Assembly: GCA_965230975.1 (NCBI GenBank)
Contig: OZ246402.1
Span: 573,009-637,008 of the forward strand
DNA: 64,000 bases
From: an uncultured Candidatus Saccharibacteria bacterium
GTDB taxonomy: Bacteria > Patescibacteriota > Dojkabacteria > J137
Direction: 5' to 3'
Shown: one piece after another, positions 47,772 to 57,500 of the stretch
How positions within the stretch are numbered: the stretch's first letter is position 1
Layout: the number at the start of each line of letters is the position of its first letter
The notes under the pieces: model-generated
Databases searched by the model: none
What the model was told of the DNA's origin: nothing
Seen by the model: the letters and a program-made list of their open reading frames with translations, nothing else
Translations under genes and position numbers: made by a program

Positions 47772-47885
47772 AATAGTAACTTAATTTAGTAATCTTAGCA
47801 TTTAATTATTTATATTTCATTGTGTCGCATTACAAATATAGAAATTTTCTCTTATTAAATATTTGCTTAGATTTATAATCATGTT

Positions 47886-48323
47886 ATGAATTACTCACAG
47901 ATTTTATTTGAAAAAGCAACTTCATTTGCAGAAAATTTAAAAGTCAATACCGATATATCGTCTATATTTCTAGGTGGTTCAGGTAGTAGAGGAGTAGAGG
48001 AGTAGAGGATATTAATTCGGATGTCGAAATATATATTGTGCTCAATATTAAACGTAAACTGAATTCATACGTTTACTATTAAAATGCTTGTAGATATGGA
48101 ATATGAAGTGCCTGGAGAGTGGACCATATCTTTATTAATTGAAGGAATTAAATATGACATGTATTTTTGGGAGCTTTCATATATAGATGAGTTAATTACT
48201 AATCATTCTAATTCAATATTGAGTTCTTTAGATGAATGTTCTATTTCTTCGATTTTGGATGCAAAAGTAATTACTGGCAAACTATATATCAAGTCATTGC
48301 AATTAAATTATCAAACTACCTAA
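47886..48323 (+). pseudogene. disrupted nucleotidyltransferase (Pol-beta / ANT-like NTase) gene: N-terminal fragment ending in GGSGSRG..., premature stop inside a 3x 8-bp tandem repeat, then the C-terminal part in another frame (ORF 48084-48323)
   Basis: N-fragment MNYSQILFEKATSFAENLKVNTDISSIFLGGSGSRGVEE*; deleting one 8-mer would read ...GVEDINSDVEIYIVLN (the D-x-E/D motif of the NTase fold); a second frame break occurs before 48084. Confidence 0.5.
47986..48009 (+). repeat. perfect tandem repeat (gtagagga)x3
   Basis: Read directly; lies inside the NTase pseudogene at the frameshift point. Confidence 0.9.
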
Positions 48324-48533
48324 AACAACTACAGTCCAAACTTATTCATGAATAAATTTCCATTGAAATTTGAGGAGTTTAAATTGTTTTTGAAGTTTTA
48401 ATTACGTAGTTTTTCTCTTTTTGTGAAATCTTCATTTTAATTCACTAATAATTTCCAATATATTTGTGCCACGGTACATTGTTGAGTTTCTGTTTAGAAG
48501 TTACTATGCGGTATTAAATTTTATAAGAATAGT

Positions 48534-48746
48534 ATGACCTTTGGTGAAAAAATTCAAATTTTGAGATTAAAAAAAGGCATTAGCCAAAAGCAGTTTTCTA
48601 AAGAATCTGGTATTCCCTTTTATACAATTGTCTCTTTAGAATATGATAGAACTAAAATCCCCCTAATAACTACTGTAATAAAACTAGCCCACTATTTTAA
48701 ACTAAGCATTATAGAAATTATTGAGGGTGTAGATTTTAAAAAATAA
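48534..48746 (+). CDS. XRE-family (Cro/C1-type) HTH transcriptional regulator
   Basis: KIQILRLKKGISQKQFSKESGIPFYTIVSLE helix-turn-helix. Confidence 0.65.
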   Translation: MTFGEKIQILRLKKGISQKQFSKESGIPFYTIVSLEYDRTKIPLITTVIKLAHYFKLSIIEIIEGVDFKK

Positions 48747-48789
48747 GGTTTTTATAATTGTAAAAAACTAGTACGCCTTTTAAATATCT

Positions 48790-49989
48790 TTATTCTATAG
48801 TGCTTTTATCAAATAAAGATATGGGTATTTCCTCTTCTTCGGCAGTTAGCAAAAACTCTTTAAGCATCTCTTTATGTTCGTCATTTTGCATATAAGACCA
48901 GTCTGTTGCCTCATTATAGTTAGATTTATCTTCACTAAAAAGATTAATCTCTACTCTATATTCATTAAGTTGGTAGTTTTTTATATATTTTGCAACCTCT
49001 ATTATGCCTTCTAATATAGCTTTCCTATCGTTTAATGATATAGTAATACGTTTTTCTTCATCGTTAGTATATTTTTGATAGAAAGAACCGGTGTTAATCC
49101 ACACATCTCTCGTTCGTAGTTCTTGAGCTGCACCTATGGCAATATCAGGTTGAATAAATTCAGATGCTCTAAAAATTTCTTGTGCATTAAACTGGGCATT
49201 TGGAGCCCATGGGAATCCTTGAATACCAAAACTATCTACCAATGTCTTATCTATATTAACTAAGTATGGAGCTAAGCTAATGTAGTCTCCATTGTCCCAT
49301 AACACATCATCAGGTTCATAAGTTGTAGCATTTAATAAAATACTACCTTTTGCGTTTGGAAAATACTTTTTTAAAGATCTTAAATATGTATTTACTACAA
49401 TCCCAAAATCAGAAGGCTCTGTGTCTTTATTATCCCAATTTGGAGTATTCGATTCTGGAAAGGGCACCCATGTCCCCATCATTTCATCTGTAACACCTCT
49501 TTGCTTTAGTTCAAAAAAGAATGTATCTAGTGGCTTATTGTAAACTCCATTTAAAAAATCTCTGTACCTCAATAAGTTGCCACCAGTATATGGCTCTACT
49601 ATTACAATAGGCTGTATATTATTTTGCTTAAATAAATCAAGCTTAGTAGCGATAGTAAAGGCAAGTTCCTGGGCTGAGGTTTGATCAAAAGGAATATGTG
49701 TAAAAAACATTAGTTTATTTGTAACATAGGAGTCACAAATATCTTGATATTCTGCTAATTTTATTAAGTTTTCGTCTTGTTGTGTATTTAAATTTAATGA
49801 GTCTTTTGTTGAGCATTTAGTAAACATTGGCAAATTATCACTTTTATCTTCTTTAACAATATTGGTTAAGGTTTCGTTTAAAATCTCTTTTATGGTTTGG
49901 TTACTAAATATATTGAAAGTGAAAATCACAAAACAAAAAACTGACATAATAATAATCCCGTTTGCAATAAGTAATTCTCTGTTTTTCAT
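48790..49989 (-). CDS. secreted hypothetical protein, possibly a polysaccharide-active hydrolase-like protein
   Basis: N-terminal TM/signal; 399 aa; adjacent to the processive GT2; no diagnostic motif. Confidence 0.45.
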   Translation of the reverse strand: MKNRELLIANGIIIMSVFCFVIFTFNIFSNQTIKEILNETLTNIVKEDKSDNLPMFTKCSTKDSLNLNTQQDENLIKLAEYQDICDSYVTNKLMFFTHIPFDQTSAQELAFTIATKLDLFKQNNIQPIVIVEPYTGGNLLRYRDFLNGVYNKPLDTFFFELKQRGVTDEMMGTWVPFPESNTPNWDNKDTEPSDFGIVVNTYLRSLKKYFPNAKGSILLNATTYEPDDVLWDNGDYISLAPYLVNIDKTLVDSFGIQGFPWAPNAQFNAQEIFRASEFIQPDIAIGAAQELRTRDVWINTGSFYQKYTNDEEKRITISLNDRKAILEGIIEVAKYIKNYQLNEYRVEINLFSEDKSNYNEATDWSYMQNDEHKEMLKEFLLTAEEEEIPISLFDKSTIE

Positions 49990-50006
49990 ATTTTAATAAT
50001 AAAATC

Positions 50007-51266
50007 TTAAATTCCTTCGCGTTTCCATACTTGCCAAACAACCTCTTCTTTTTTTAAGTACATTCGTAGACTCTTAAATAATGCCATGTATTCAATCCAG
50101 TCAAGAAAGTAAAATAGAGGCCATGTAAATGGAAACATTAATATAATTCCAATCCTAGGCTTTTCGTTGCTAAACAAGGCTGTAATTACGTAAGATAAAA
50201 ATATAAATAGAATACCAATGCTTATAGATACAAATTCAAGTGTAATTAAGCTGTAAATTAACAATACAGCTATAGCTATTGGCTCAAAAATAAGTTGTAT
50301 TTCTGTAAATAATGAAAATGGTAGTACAAAATAAGATAAAAAGAAATTGTGTGAATCTTCTGTAGAAAAAAACATTGATTTATACTTTTTAAATGTATCT
50401 AATCTTCCTTTTTTCCATCTAATTCTTTGAGAAATTAATCCTTTTACAGTAGAAGCACCTTCTGTATAGCAAACTACATTTTCTGCATAAGTACATTTGT
50501 ATCCAAAGTATCTAAGTCTCATAGACATTTCTATATCTTCGGTTTTGTTTACAGTATCAAAAAGCCCAATTTTATCAAAAACTTCTCTTCTAAAAGATGC
50601 GCAAGCACCTCCAAAAATATATTCAGCACCAAGTACTGCGTGTGTTCTCTTGTTGTAAAATCCAAAGTAGTATTCTAAGTATTGTGCTAGCCCCAACAAG
50701 GTTTTTGTATTGGTTACTTGTACATTCCCAACAACTCCAAATATTGTTTCATCTCTGTAATATTTCACTAAATTACTTATAGAACCATTTTTAAGTTTTG
50801 AATCCGCATCTATAGTTAAAACTATCTCTCCTTTAGCAAGTTGAATTCCAGTATTTAAAGCAACTCCCTTTCCACCATTTGTCTGATATTTGTAGGTGAT
50901 TTTTTCACCTAGCTCTTTATCTTTATTTTTTAAATCAGAGATGTATTTTTTCATTATTTTATCTGAGTTGTCTGTAGATCCATCGTTAACAACTATTATT
51001 TGTACATTCGAATATCCGTTATATAAGGCTGATTCAACTGTTTTTAAAATTCCAACTTCTTCATTCCAAGCAGGTATTACTACTGACACTAAATAAGGTT
51101 CTGGGTTTTCTAATGAACCATTTTTTTTATATTGCTTTATTAATCTTAATTTTTCTTTAATTGTGTACCACGGAGCTATTACTAAAAAGAGATAATTTTT
51201 AAGTAATACTAGGCTTACAAATAATGCTATTAATGATGTGAATATTATATAGATTGTATTTTCCAT
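50007..51266 (-). CDS. processive family-2 glycosyltransferase (PgaC / cellulose / chitin-synthase-like, membrane-embedded)
   Basis: VSVVIPAWNEE, DGSTDNS, TIDADS (D,D,D motifs), QRIRWKKG (QxxRW); N-terminal and C-terminal TM helices. Confidence 0.8.
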   Translation of the reverse strand: MENTIYIIFTSLIALFVSLVLLKNYLFLVIAPWYTIKEKLRLIKQYKKNGSLENPEPYLVSVVIPAWNEEVGILKTVESALYNGYSNVQIIVVNDGSTDNSDKIMKKYISDLKNKDKELGEKITYKYQTNGGKGVALNTGIQLAKGEIVLTIDADSKLKNGSISNLVKYYRDETIFGVVGNVQVTNTKTLLGLAQYLEYYFGFYNKRTHAVLGAEYIFGGACASFRREVFDKIGLFDTVNKTEDIEMSMRLRYFGYKCTYAENVVCYTEGASTVKGLISQRIRWKKGRLDTFKKYKSMFFSTEDSHNFFLSYFVLPFSLFTEIQLIFEPIAIAVLLIYSLITLEFVSISIGILFIFLSYVITALFSNEKPRIGIILMFPFTWPLFYFLDWIEYMALFKSLRMYLKKEEVVWQVWKREGI

Positions 51267-51270
51267 TTAT

Positions 51271-51879
51271 TTATCTGTAACTGACTAAAGAGTAACCGTA
51301 ATATATTGAATTATTAGTGTCTTCTATTAATAAAATAATTTGTCTTTTATCTGATTTACTTGCTACAAAGATATCGTTGTAGTTCAGAATTTTGATTGAT
51401 TCAACTGAGTAACTAATAGATTGCCCTTTCTTTGTAGATATATTTACAGTGTTTCCGATTTCAATGTTGCTGGTGTAGGGGATTGTTCTCCAAGATTTTT
51501 TTAAGTAAATTAAGTAGTCGACTGGATTGTTAAATTTATCGTAATTTAATTCAATGTATTGAGCCATACTAGGTCTTTGGTACCAAATATCATTTATATT
51601 TCTTGCTTCTTCAACAATCGATTTAATACCAAGTTCTTCTATTTCTATTAAATCTATTATTCCAATGTCTAAATTAATATCAATATCTTTATTACCTTGT
51701 TTAATTTTATATTCTGATACTATTTTATTTATTGGTTCTTGTATCTCCATTTGGTTCAAGGACATTCCAAGTGGTATGTCTTGGTTTGCTAGTACTTCAA
51801 ATGCATTTGCAAATATGAAAAGTGTAAATGTAAAAGATGCCAGGCCGAATATGAGCTTTTGAGGCTGTAAAAATTTCAT
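51271..51879 (-). CDS. secreted hypothetical protein
   Basis: N-terminal signal-like FGLASFTFTLFIFANAF; 4 nt downstream of the GT2 gene. Confidence 0.45.
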   Translation of the reverse strand: MKFLQPQKLIFGLASFTFTLFIFANAFEVLANQDIPLGMSLNQMEIQEPINKIVSEYKIKQGNKDIDINLDIGIIDLIEIEELGIKSIVEEARNINDIWYQRPSMAQYIELNYDKFNNPVDYLIYLKKSWRTIPYTSNIEIGNTVNISTKKGQSISYSVESIKILNYNDIFVASKSDKRQIILLIEDTNNSIYYGYSLVSYR

Positions 51880-52158
51880 GATATTTTTTTGAATCTTATG
51901 TATAGACTTAAAATTATGTTTAGTATTAGTGTTATTAAGTTTATTAGTACTACTGTTGAGGCAATAAAAATTAACCCAAAAATAATAAAGTTTTCAAACA
52001 ATATGTATTGAATCATATATGTTAGTATGATTTTTAACTTTGATAATTAAAAAAGGCTTGGTTAATTAGTTAGTTTTATTAACTAATTAGGTTTCGGTGT
52101 ATGATAATCTTATTACTTACTAAAGTCGGCAATTTTTAGTAAATAAAGTGTAAAGAAA

Positions 52159-52575
52159 TTATTTCTTTTTGTAGTTTAAATATACCTGTACCATTAGTGC
52201 TACAAGTATAAAGTTTTTTAGAATATATTGTGCTTCTAGTGTTGGCAGTAAGAATCCTGTCCACGCAATATTTGGTAAGAATATTAACGGCAGGAATGTT
52301 GTTGCCATGTGGGCTATTGATAAGACAAATGTGATTTTTGTGATTGGTTTGTATAGGTAAAGTAAACCAATTATTACTTCAGTTAATCCTAAAAATATTA
52401 CAAAGGAGTTTGAGTCTAGAAAGGGTAGGGTTGCCTTTTGAAGATCAATAACTAAGGGTGAGGCTGGGCTTTGTCCGGTTACTTTTATTATTCCAAACCA
52501 AAAGTATGCTAAGAATATTGATAGTCTAGAAAATGTATCTATGTATTTACTAAATATTGGGTCTAGCTTTTGCAT
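52159..52575 (-). CDS. small integral membrane protein (DoxX/DUF417-like)
   Basis: 138 aa, four hydrophobic helices. Confidence 0.4.
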   Translation of the reverse strand: MQKLDPIFSKYIDTFSRLSIFLAYFWFGIIKVTGQSPASPLVIDLQKATLPFLDSNSFVIFLGLTEVIIGLLYLYKPITKITFVLSIAHMATTFLPLIFLPNIAWTGFLLPTLEAQYILKNFILVALMVQVYLNYKKK

Positions 52576-52700
52576 TAAATGTAACTTTTAATAAGTATTG
52601 TATTATTTAACAATTTCTTGGGTTAAAGATCAATAGTTTGTATTTTAGTAAGTTTGAAAGTTTGTGGGATACTGGTATAAGTTATTAGTTATCAAATTTT

Positions 52701-52889
52701 ATGGAAGGTTTTAATTGGGGAGTTTTTGACTTTATTATTGGGTTTTCTTTGATTTTTGTTACAGCTTTAGTTTTTTATTTTGTTTCTAAAAAACTAAAAA
52801 TACTAAAACATAAGGTTGTTTTAGGTATAGGTTTATTAGCCATATTATTAGTGGTTTGGGTGGAATTAGCTGTAGGGATTTTTAACTGA
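52701..52889 (+). CDS. small two-helix membrane protein
   Basis: 62 aa with two hydrophobic spans. Confidence 0.3.
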   Translation: MEGFNWGVFDFIIGFSLIFVTALVFYFVSKKLKILKHKVVLGIGLLAILLVVWVELAVGIFN

Positions 52890-52980
52890 TTAAATATTTG
52901 CGGGATTGGATATATATCCTATTGCACATGTCAGTGCATCTATAAATTCATCAATTTGGGTTAGCGTATTTTTAGATTAT

Positions 52981-53727
52981 TTATGCAAGTTTTAAGACCT
53001 TTTTAAGAACCTTGTTATCTGTATTATATTCAACTATTTCAAAACGCCTAAAGTTTAATAGTTTTTCTCTAGAGAATTTAAGTTCAATTTTATAACCATA
53101 TATATTTAATGCTACTTGCCTAAAGTTTTGATCGTATACATTAAAACTTTGTTTTTGGGTTGTTATTTTGTCCCAAAGCTTACTTGTAATTGAGTTTGAT
53201 TTTATTTTAATTATTGAGTCTTGATAAATCTGATCATCTTCTTGGTAGCCCATTTCTGCGTAGAAGAGTTTTAGTTGATTCGCAACAATTTCTTGTAATC
53301 TGAAGATTTTAAATATTGGATTGCTAGCCTGATCTACAATTAAGTTAATTACTGATTGATCAATATATTTATCCCAATCTACTGGAATTAGTTTTTTGAA
53401 ACCATTAGATACAGCAATTAGTCTTTTTCTATCATCAAGTAAGTAGAGTAATCTATTATTAGAGTTTAATAGATCTTGTATTGAATTTTTTGCTAGATTT
53501 ATTTCTTCTTTAGAAGCTGGGTTTTGAGTTTTGCCAATTAGGTAATCGATTTCTTCTTCGTTAAGTTTAAAAACCTCTGCAATTTTTAATACACTTTCTT
53601 TAGTAGGATTTATAATATTATTTTCTATTCTGCTTATAACACCTGCTGATAATCCTGTGAGTACCTCGGCTTCAAGTTGGCTTAAGCCACATCTGTTTCT
53701 AAAGTATTTTAGTCTGGTTCCTAGCAT
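52981..53727 (-). CDS. XRE-family HTH regulator with a roughly 180-aa C-terminal domain of unknown function
   Basis: N-terminal LKYFRNRCGLSQLEAEVLTGLSAGVISRIENN HTH. Confidence 0.6.
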   Translation of the reverse strand: MLGTRLKYFRNRCGLSQLEAEVLTGLSAGVISRIENNIINPTKESVLKIAEVFKLNEEEIDYLIGKTQNPASKEEINLAKNSIQDLLNSNNRLLYLLDDRKRLIAVSNGFKKLIPVDWDKYIDQSVINLIVDQASNPIFKIFRLQEIVANQLKLFYAEMGYQEDDQIYQDSIIKIKSNSITSKLWDKITTQKQSFNVYDQNFRQVALNIYGYKIELKFSREKLLNFRRFEIVEYNTDNKVLKKVLKLA

Positions 53728-53871
53728 AATGTTTTAGTTTTGAAGTAGGATTTAATTACAATATGAATTTTAGCATGAGTTACAATAAGATCTTTACAAT
53801 GTAGCCATATCAAATCAAATCACACTAGTGTGATATAATGCGTATATACTATTTTATGTAGTTAATTCACA

Positions 53872-54972
53872 ATGTCAATTAATACTGATTTAGAACAAAG
53901 TAATTCGGTTAGACTAATAAGTAGCCAAATTAAAGAGCGTTCTTCAAATGTGGTTTTATACTCTGATTCAGATTTTAAATCTGCCCACAGTATTTATTGC
54001 CCTATAGGATTTGAGTCTGTTGCTGACTATTATGTTGCTCCTTACATGCGTAAGTTTGCAGACATTATCTTTGGTGTCGCACAAAATCCTTCTTATGGAT
54101 ATTCCCCTGAAAAGAATGAAATACATATTTACTTTTCAGAAATGGATTTATATAAAGGAATTTTAGCTTTGTTAGCTAATAATACTCGAGCATTAGAGGG
54201 TATTCTTAAAGCTCTAGAAATAGATCATACTCAAATTGAAGATACTATTTTAAGATACGTAAGGCTTCTCAATAGAATTACCTTTGATAATAAATATAAT
54301 TTGGATAATCAAGATAAACTTTTACTTGAAAGGATGGGTGCTTTTTTTAGTGGCCATCCGGATTTTATAGAATTGATTTTTGGTAATTCTGTAAATTACT
54401 CTGTTTATCATGAGGTAAATCACGCCAGGTTAGATGATTTGTATTTAAATGTAGCATATATTCCAAGATATAATTCTAGTTCTGCAAGAAATGCGATGCA
54501 AGTCAGTTATATAGGGTTTATGGATAAGTTTAATGAAATTGAGACTTATTTAATTGAAAATAATAACTTAACAGATTCCTATATTACTATTCTTCAACTA
54601 ACTAATCATGGTATGTTTAAGATTTTGTTAAGGGATATCTATTCTTATCCAGATAAGATAGATGCATTGTATACAAGTTATCTGGGTTCTTTACAGGAGC
54701 TGTTTAATTTTATGCAATTCGCAATTCTAAAAAAAGATTTAGCTAAAGATGAATTACAAAAGCAATTGATTAGATATTTTTGTGCATATATTGCAGATGT
54801 AATGTTTTTATTCCCTGATAATGCTATTGTTAGAAGATACTTGGATTTGGCAAATTCTTTAGATGCAAATCAAATAAATTTGTTTTTGAAAGAGTTAGTC
54901 GCCCTAATGAATAAGGAGTCGTTTGATAAGTTTGTAGATACTCATTTTAGATGGCTACAAAAAGAGGATTAA
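53872..54972 (+). CDS. hypothetical protein
   Basis: 366-aa ORF. Confidence 0.5.
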   Translation: MSINTDLEQSNSVRLISSQIKERSSNVVLYSDSDFKSAHSIYCPIGFESVADYYVAPYMRKFADIIFGVAQNPSYGYSPEKNEIHIYFSEMDLYKGILALLANNTRALEGILKALEIDHTQIEDTILRYVRLLNRITFDNKYNLDNQDKLLLERMGAFFSGHPDFIELIFGNSVNYSVYHEVNHARLDDLYLNVAYIPRYNSSSARNAMQVSYIGFMDKFNEIETYLIENNNLTDSYITILQLTNHGMFKILLRDIYSYPDKIDALYTSYLGSLQELFNFMQFAILKKDLAKDELQKQLIRYFCAYIADVMFLFPDNAIVRRYLDLANSLDANQINLFLKELVALMNKESFDKFVDTHFRWLQKED

Positions 54973-55457
54973 TTTTCGCTATACTGATCAAGTTCCTCCT
55001 GTGTTATAGAAAACATTTGTCTTATCATATCTAGTTGAGATCTTAATACCATAAAATTTATACTGTTAGATTCCATTTCTTCAGCACTTAATATTAAAGG
55101 CATTTCTGGGTTATGTTCTTCGTAATCTGTTCTAATTTCTCCGATATGTGGTATCTTACCTATTTGTTCTATGGTTTTTAAAATTCCACCTGCTAGCCAT
55201 TGTGAGCAGTTTAACGGGCTATTTACATATTCTTCGAGGCTTAAACCTGACCTGATATTTGGATATATTCCAAGTTCTTTAAGATGGTTTAAGACTAGGT
55301 ATATTTTGTTTAGAAGTATTTCTTTATCCATTGGTCTTAAAGGTAGTGTTGGGTCCTCACTATAACTAGTAATGTATGCCATTACTTCTACACATAAATC
55401 TCTTAGCTCTTTACTTTTGTGGTCGCTATTAAAGAAATATTTATCAGGTTTGAACAT
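54969..55457 (-). CDS. hypothetical protein
   Basis: 162-aa ORF; 4-nt convergent overlap with the previous gene. Confidence 0.45.
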   Translation of the reverse strand: MFKPDKYFFNSDHKSKELRDLCVEVMAYITSYSEDPTLPLRPMDKEILLNKIYLVLNHLKELGIYPNIRSGLSLEEYVNSPLNCSQWLAGGILKTIEQIGKIPHIGEIRTDYEEHNPEMPLILSAEEMESNSINFMVLRSQLDMIRQMFSITQEELDQYSEN

Positions 55458-55537
55458 GAATTTATTCTCAAAAAATATTGTGTGGATTATATACTATTTT
55501 TCTGAAGTTTAAAGAATTGTACATTTAATTGGCAGAT

Positions 55538-55582
55538 CTCGTAACATTCGACTACATTTCATTTGTCTCATTAACTACGGAG
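55538..55582 (+). repeat. 45-nt intergenic direct repeat, copy 1 (ctcgtaacattcgactacatttcatttgtctcattaactacggag)
   Basis: 44/45 identical to 57210-57254; about 80 nt upstream of the minus-strand gene 54969-55457. Confidence 0.8.
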
Positions 55583-55709
55583 AGCTTCGGATGTTTTTCC
55601 AATTTGACCCGTGGCAAGAAATATTATTGATTGACCAATAGATATTAATTCTACACTCTATAGATTTATTAATAGTGTGTTATGATCTATCATATTTCAT
55701 TCTCAAAGT

Positions 55710-56783
55710 ATGAAACAAATGGTTCATTTAAATGAAAACATGCGTTCTAGTAGAGGCATTGTTAGAATGTTTAATCAAATACCCACACAGGAATTATTAG
55801 AAGCTCTCTCGAAATATCCTGATTTAATACCACCTGGTGCAGAGATTGTAGCAACCAATTTTGGACAGATAAATTTGGTCTACATTGTTAGAGTTCCAGG
55901 TATAAAGATCCCTAAACGAGTAATTATTATACCCAGGCCAGATAAAGAGACAAATCAGGTTGAGCAAGACACAATGGAAGATTTTTACGGTTTAAAAGAA
56001 GTGTATGAATCTTTTGTGGCATTTAAATCTGAAGGTAAGATTCAAGCTACAGCTACCATACCTATACCTAGACCTTTAGGACTTATTTGCTCTCAATTTT
56101 TAACTGTAATGGTTAATGAATTCGCGGGCAGTCAAGAAGGTTATTTTGGTTCTGAAGAAACCTTTCCTGCTTTTGTTTCGGGAGGAACAGGTGGTAATAC
56201 ATATTTAGGTTTATCCTGGATAGTGAACCCAAGTTTCACTAATGAGACAGACTTATTAAGACGTCAGACTACAAGTATTGCTAATAGGTTGACTCATCAT
56301 CTGGGTAACAATGGAATTGATAGTGAATATAGTAGTATCTCTCATGCGATAGCTATCTCTCATATTGAAGCTCTAGTCAAAGTTTGGTTACTTACAGGAA
56401 AATATCCTCTAAAATACTGTCCTTCTGCTGGAGATGGTGTTATGTTAAATAAAGATTATGATTCAAAAAGTCATCCTGACATAGCTAATGTGGATATTAA
56501 TTTAATTACATTAAGAGGCGGACTATCTCGGGTAGTAGATTCGCAAGCTTTTATTCAATTCTTAAGAGGACTAAAGGATAAGCCAATCGTTTATTGCGAT
56601 TTTAAAGGTTCGGATTTAGTCATAGTTCAACCTAATAATGCTAAATTATATGAATACTGGGGAGGAGAGGAAGTTAGTGTTTTTAGTGATAAACAAATTA
56701 GAGAAGGTATTGAAAGGGCATTTATGAATTACTTTGGAAACGATTCTTTGCATTATCTGCAAAGAATTTTGGCTGAAGTATAA
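55710..56783 (+). CDS. hypothetical protein
   Basis: 357-aa ORF. Confidence 0.5.
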   Translation: MKQMVHLNENMRSSRGIVRMFNQIPTQELLEALSKYPDLIPPGAEIVATNFGQINLVYIVRVPGIKIPKRVIIIPRPDKETNQVEQDTMEDFYGLKEVYESFVAFKSEGKIQATATIPIPRPLGLICSQFLTVMVNEFAGSQEGYFGSEETFPAFVSGGTGGNTYLGLSWIVNPSFTNETDLLRRQTTSIANRLTHHLGNNGIDSEYSSISHAIAISHIEALVKVWLLTGKYPLKYCPSAGDGVMLNKDYDSKSHPDIANVDINLITLRGGLSRVVDSQAFIQFLRGLKDKPIVYCDFKGSDLVIVQPNNAKLYEYWGGEEVSVFSDKQIREGIERAFMNYFGNDSLHYLQRILAEV

Positions 56784-56808
56784 AAAGCTCTATCAGTTTT
56801 TAATTTTA

Positions 56809-57108
56809 TTAAGCTTCTCTGTCGATTTCTTTATTTCCTAGTTCAGATTCTTGAATGTTTTTAATATCAACAGTTCTTCTAGCTAAGTACAGAGAACCAA
56901 CGCTATGTTGAAGCATTTTAATTAAACCATCAGGAGTATGGCTGCTATCGATTTCACCCTGCCCGTTAATTCCTACATAAATATTCCCATCAGTTTGAAC
57001 AAAATATACTGTATTCTTCTCTATAGCTAGTTTTTTAGCATTCGCAAGTCTTTCTTCATATGTTTCAGGAACAGTTTGATCTATTAAATCCTCAATGTGG
57101 TAGTTCAT
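56809..57108 (-). CDS. hypothetical protein
   Basis: 99-aa ORF. Confidence 0.4.
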   Translation of the reverse strand: MNYHIEDLIDQTVPETYEERLANAKKLAIEKNTVYFVQTDGNIYVGINGQGEIDSSHTPDGLIKMLQHSVGSLYLARRTVDIKNIQESELGNKEIDREA

Positions 57109-57209
57109 TTATATAGGTTTAAAATTTAATAACTGATTATAACGTTGACAAATTATGTGGTCAATATTAGTTTCGAATTTAAGAACGGAGGAGACCAAGT
57201 AGGTCGCTC

Positions 57210-57254
57210 CTCGTAACATTCGACTACATATCATTTGTCTCATTAACTACGGAG
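57210..57254 (+). repeat. 45-nt intergenic direct repeat, copy 2; its flanks (ctcctcgta ... tacggaggag) can pair to close a stem
   Basis: 44/45 identical to copy 1; about 100 nt upstream of the minus-strand gene 56809-57108. Confidence 0.8.
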
Positions 57255-57500
57255 GAGACAGGATTCACCCATCCGGGCATCTCAATTTTCTAGAATTCGC
57301 CAAATAGTTTTAAGTAGCTCATTAAGAAAATTAGAGACGAACCTTGTTCTCATCCTGGTTTTCTTTCTTTGCTCAAATTTGCCACAATATACAATTGTGT
57401 CAAACCTGAGAACGGGACACACGGGTCTGGAACCGTAGTCACCACTAAGATTATATCCAAAAATGAGACATTTGAGACATATAAAAAAGGAGTATCAAAT

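Noticed and set aside
57255-57500. Assignment of the GC-richer non-coding stretch to tmRNA, RNase P, SRP or 6S RNA
   Set aside because: None of the hallmark conserved motifs of these RNAs was recognisable by eye. It is kept only as an unclassified ncRNA candidate.
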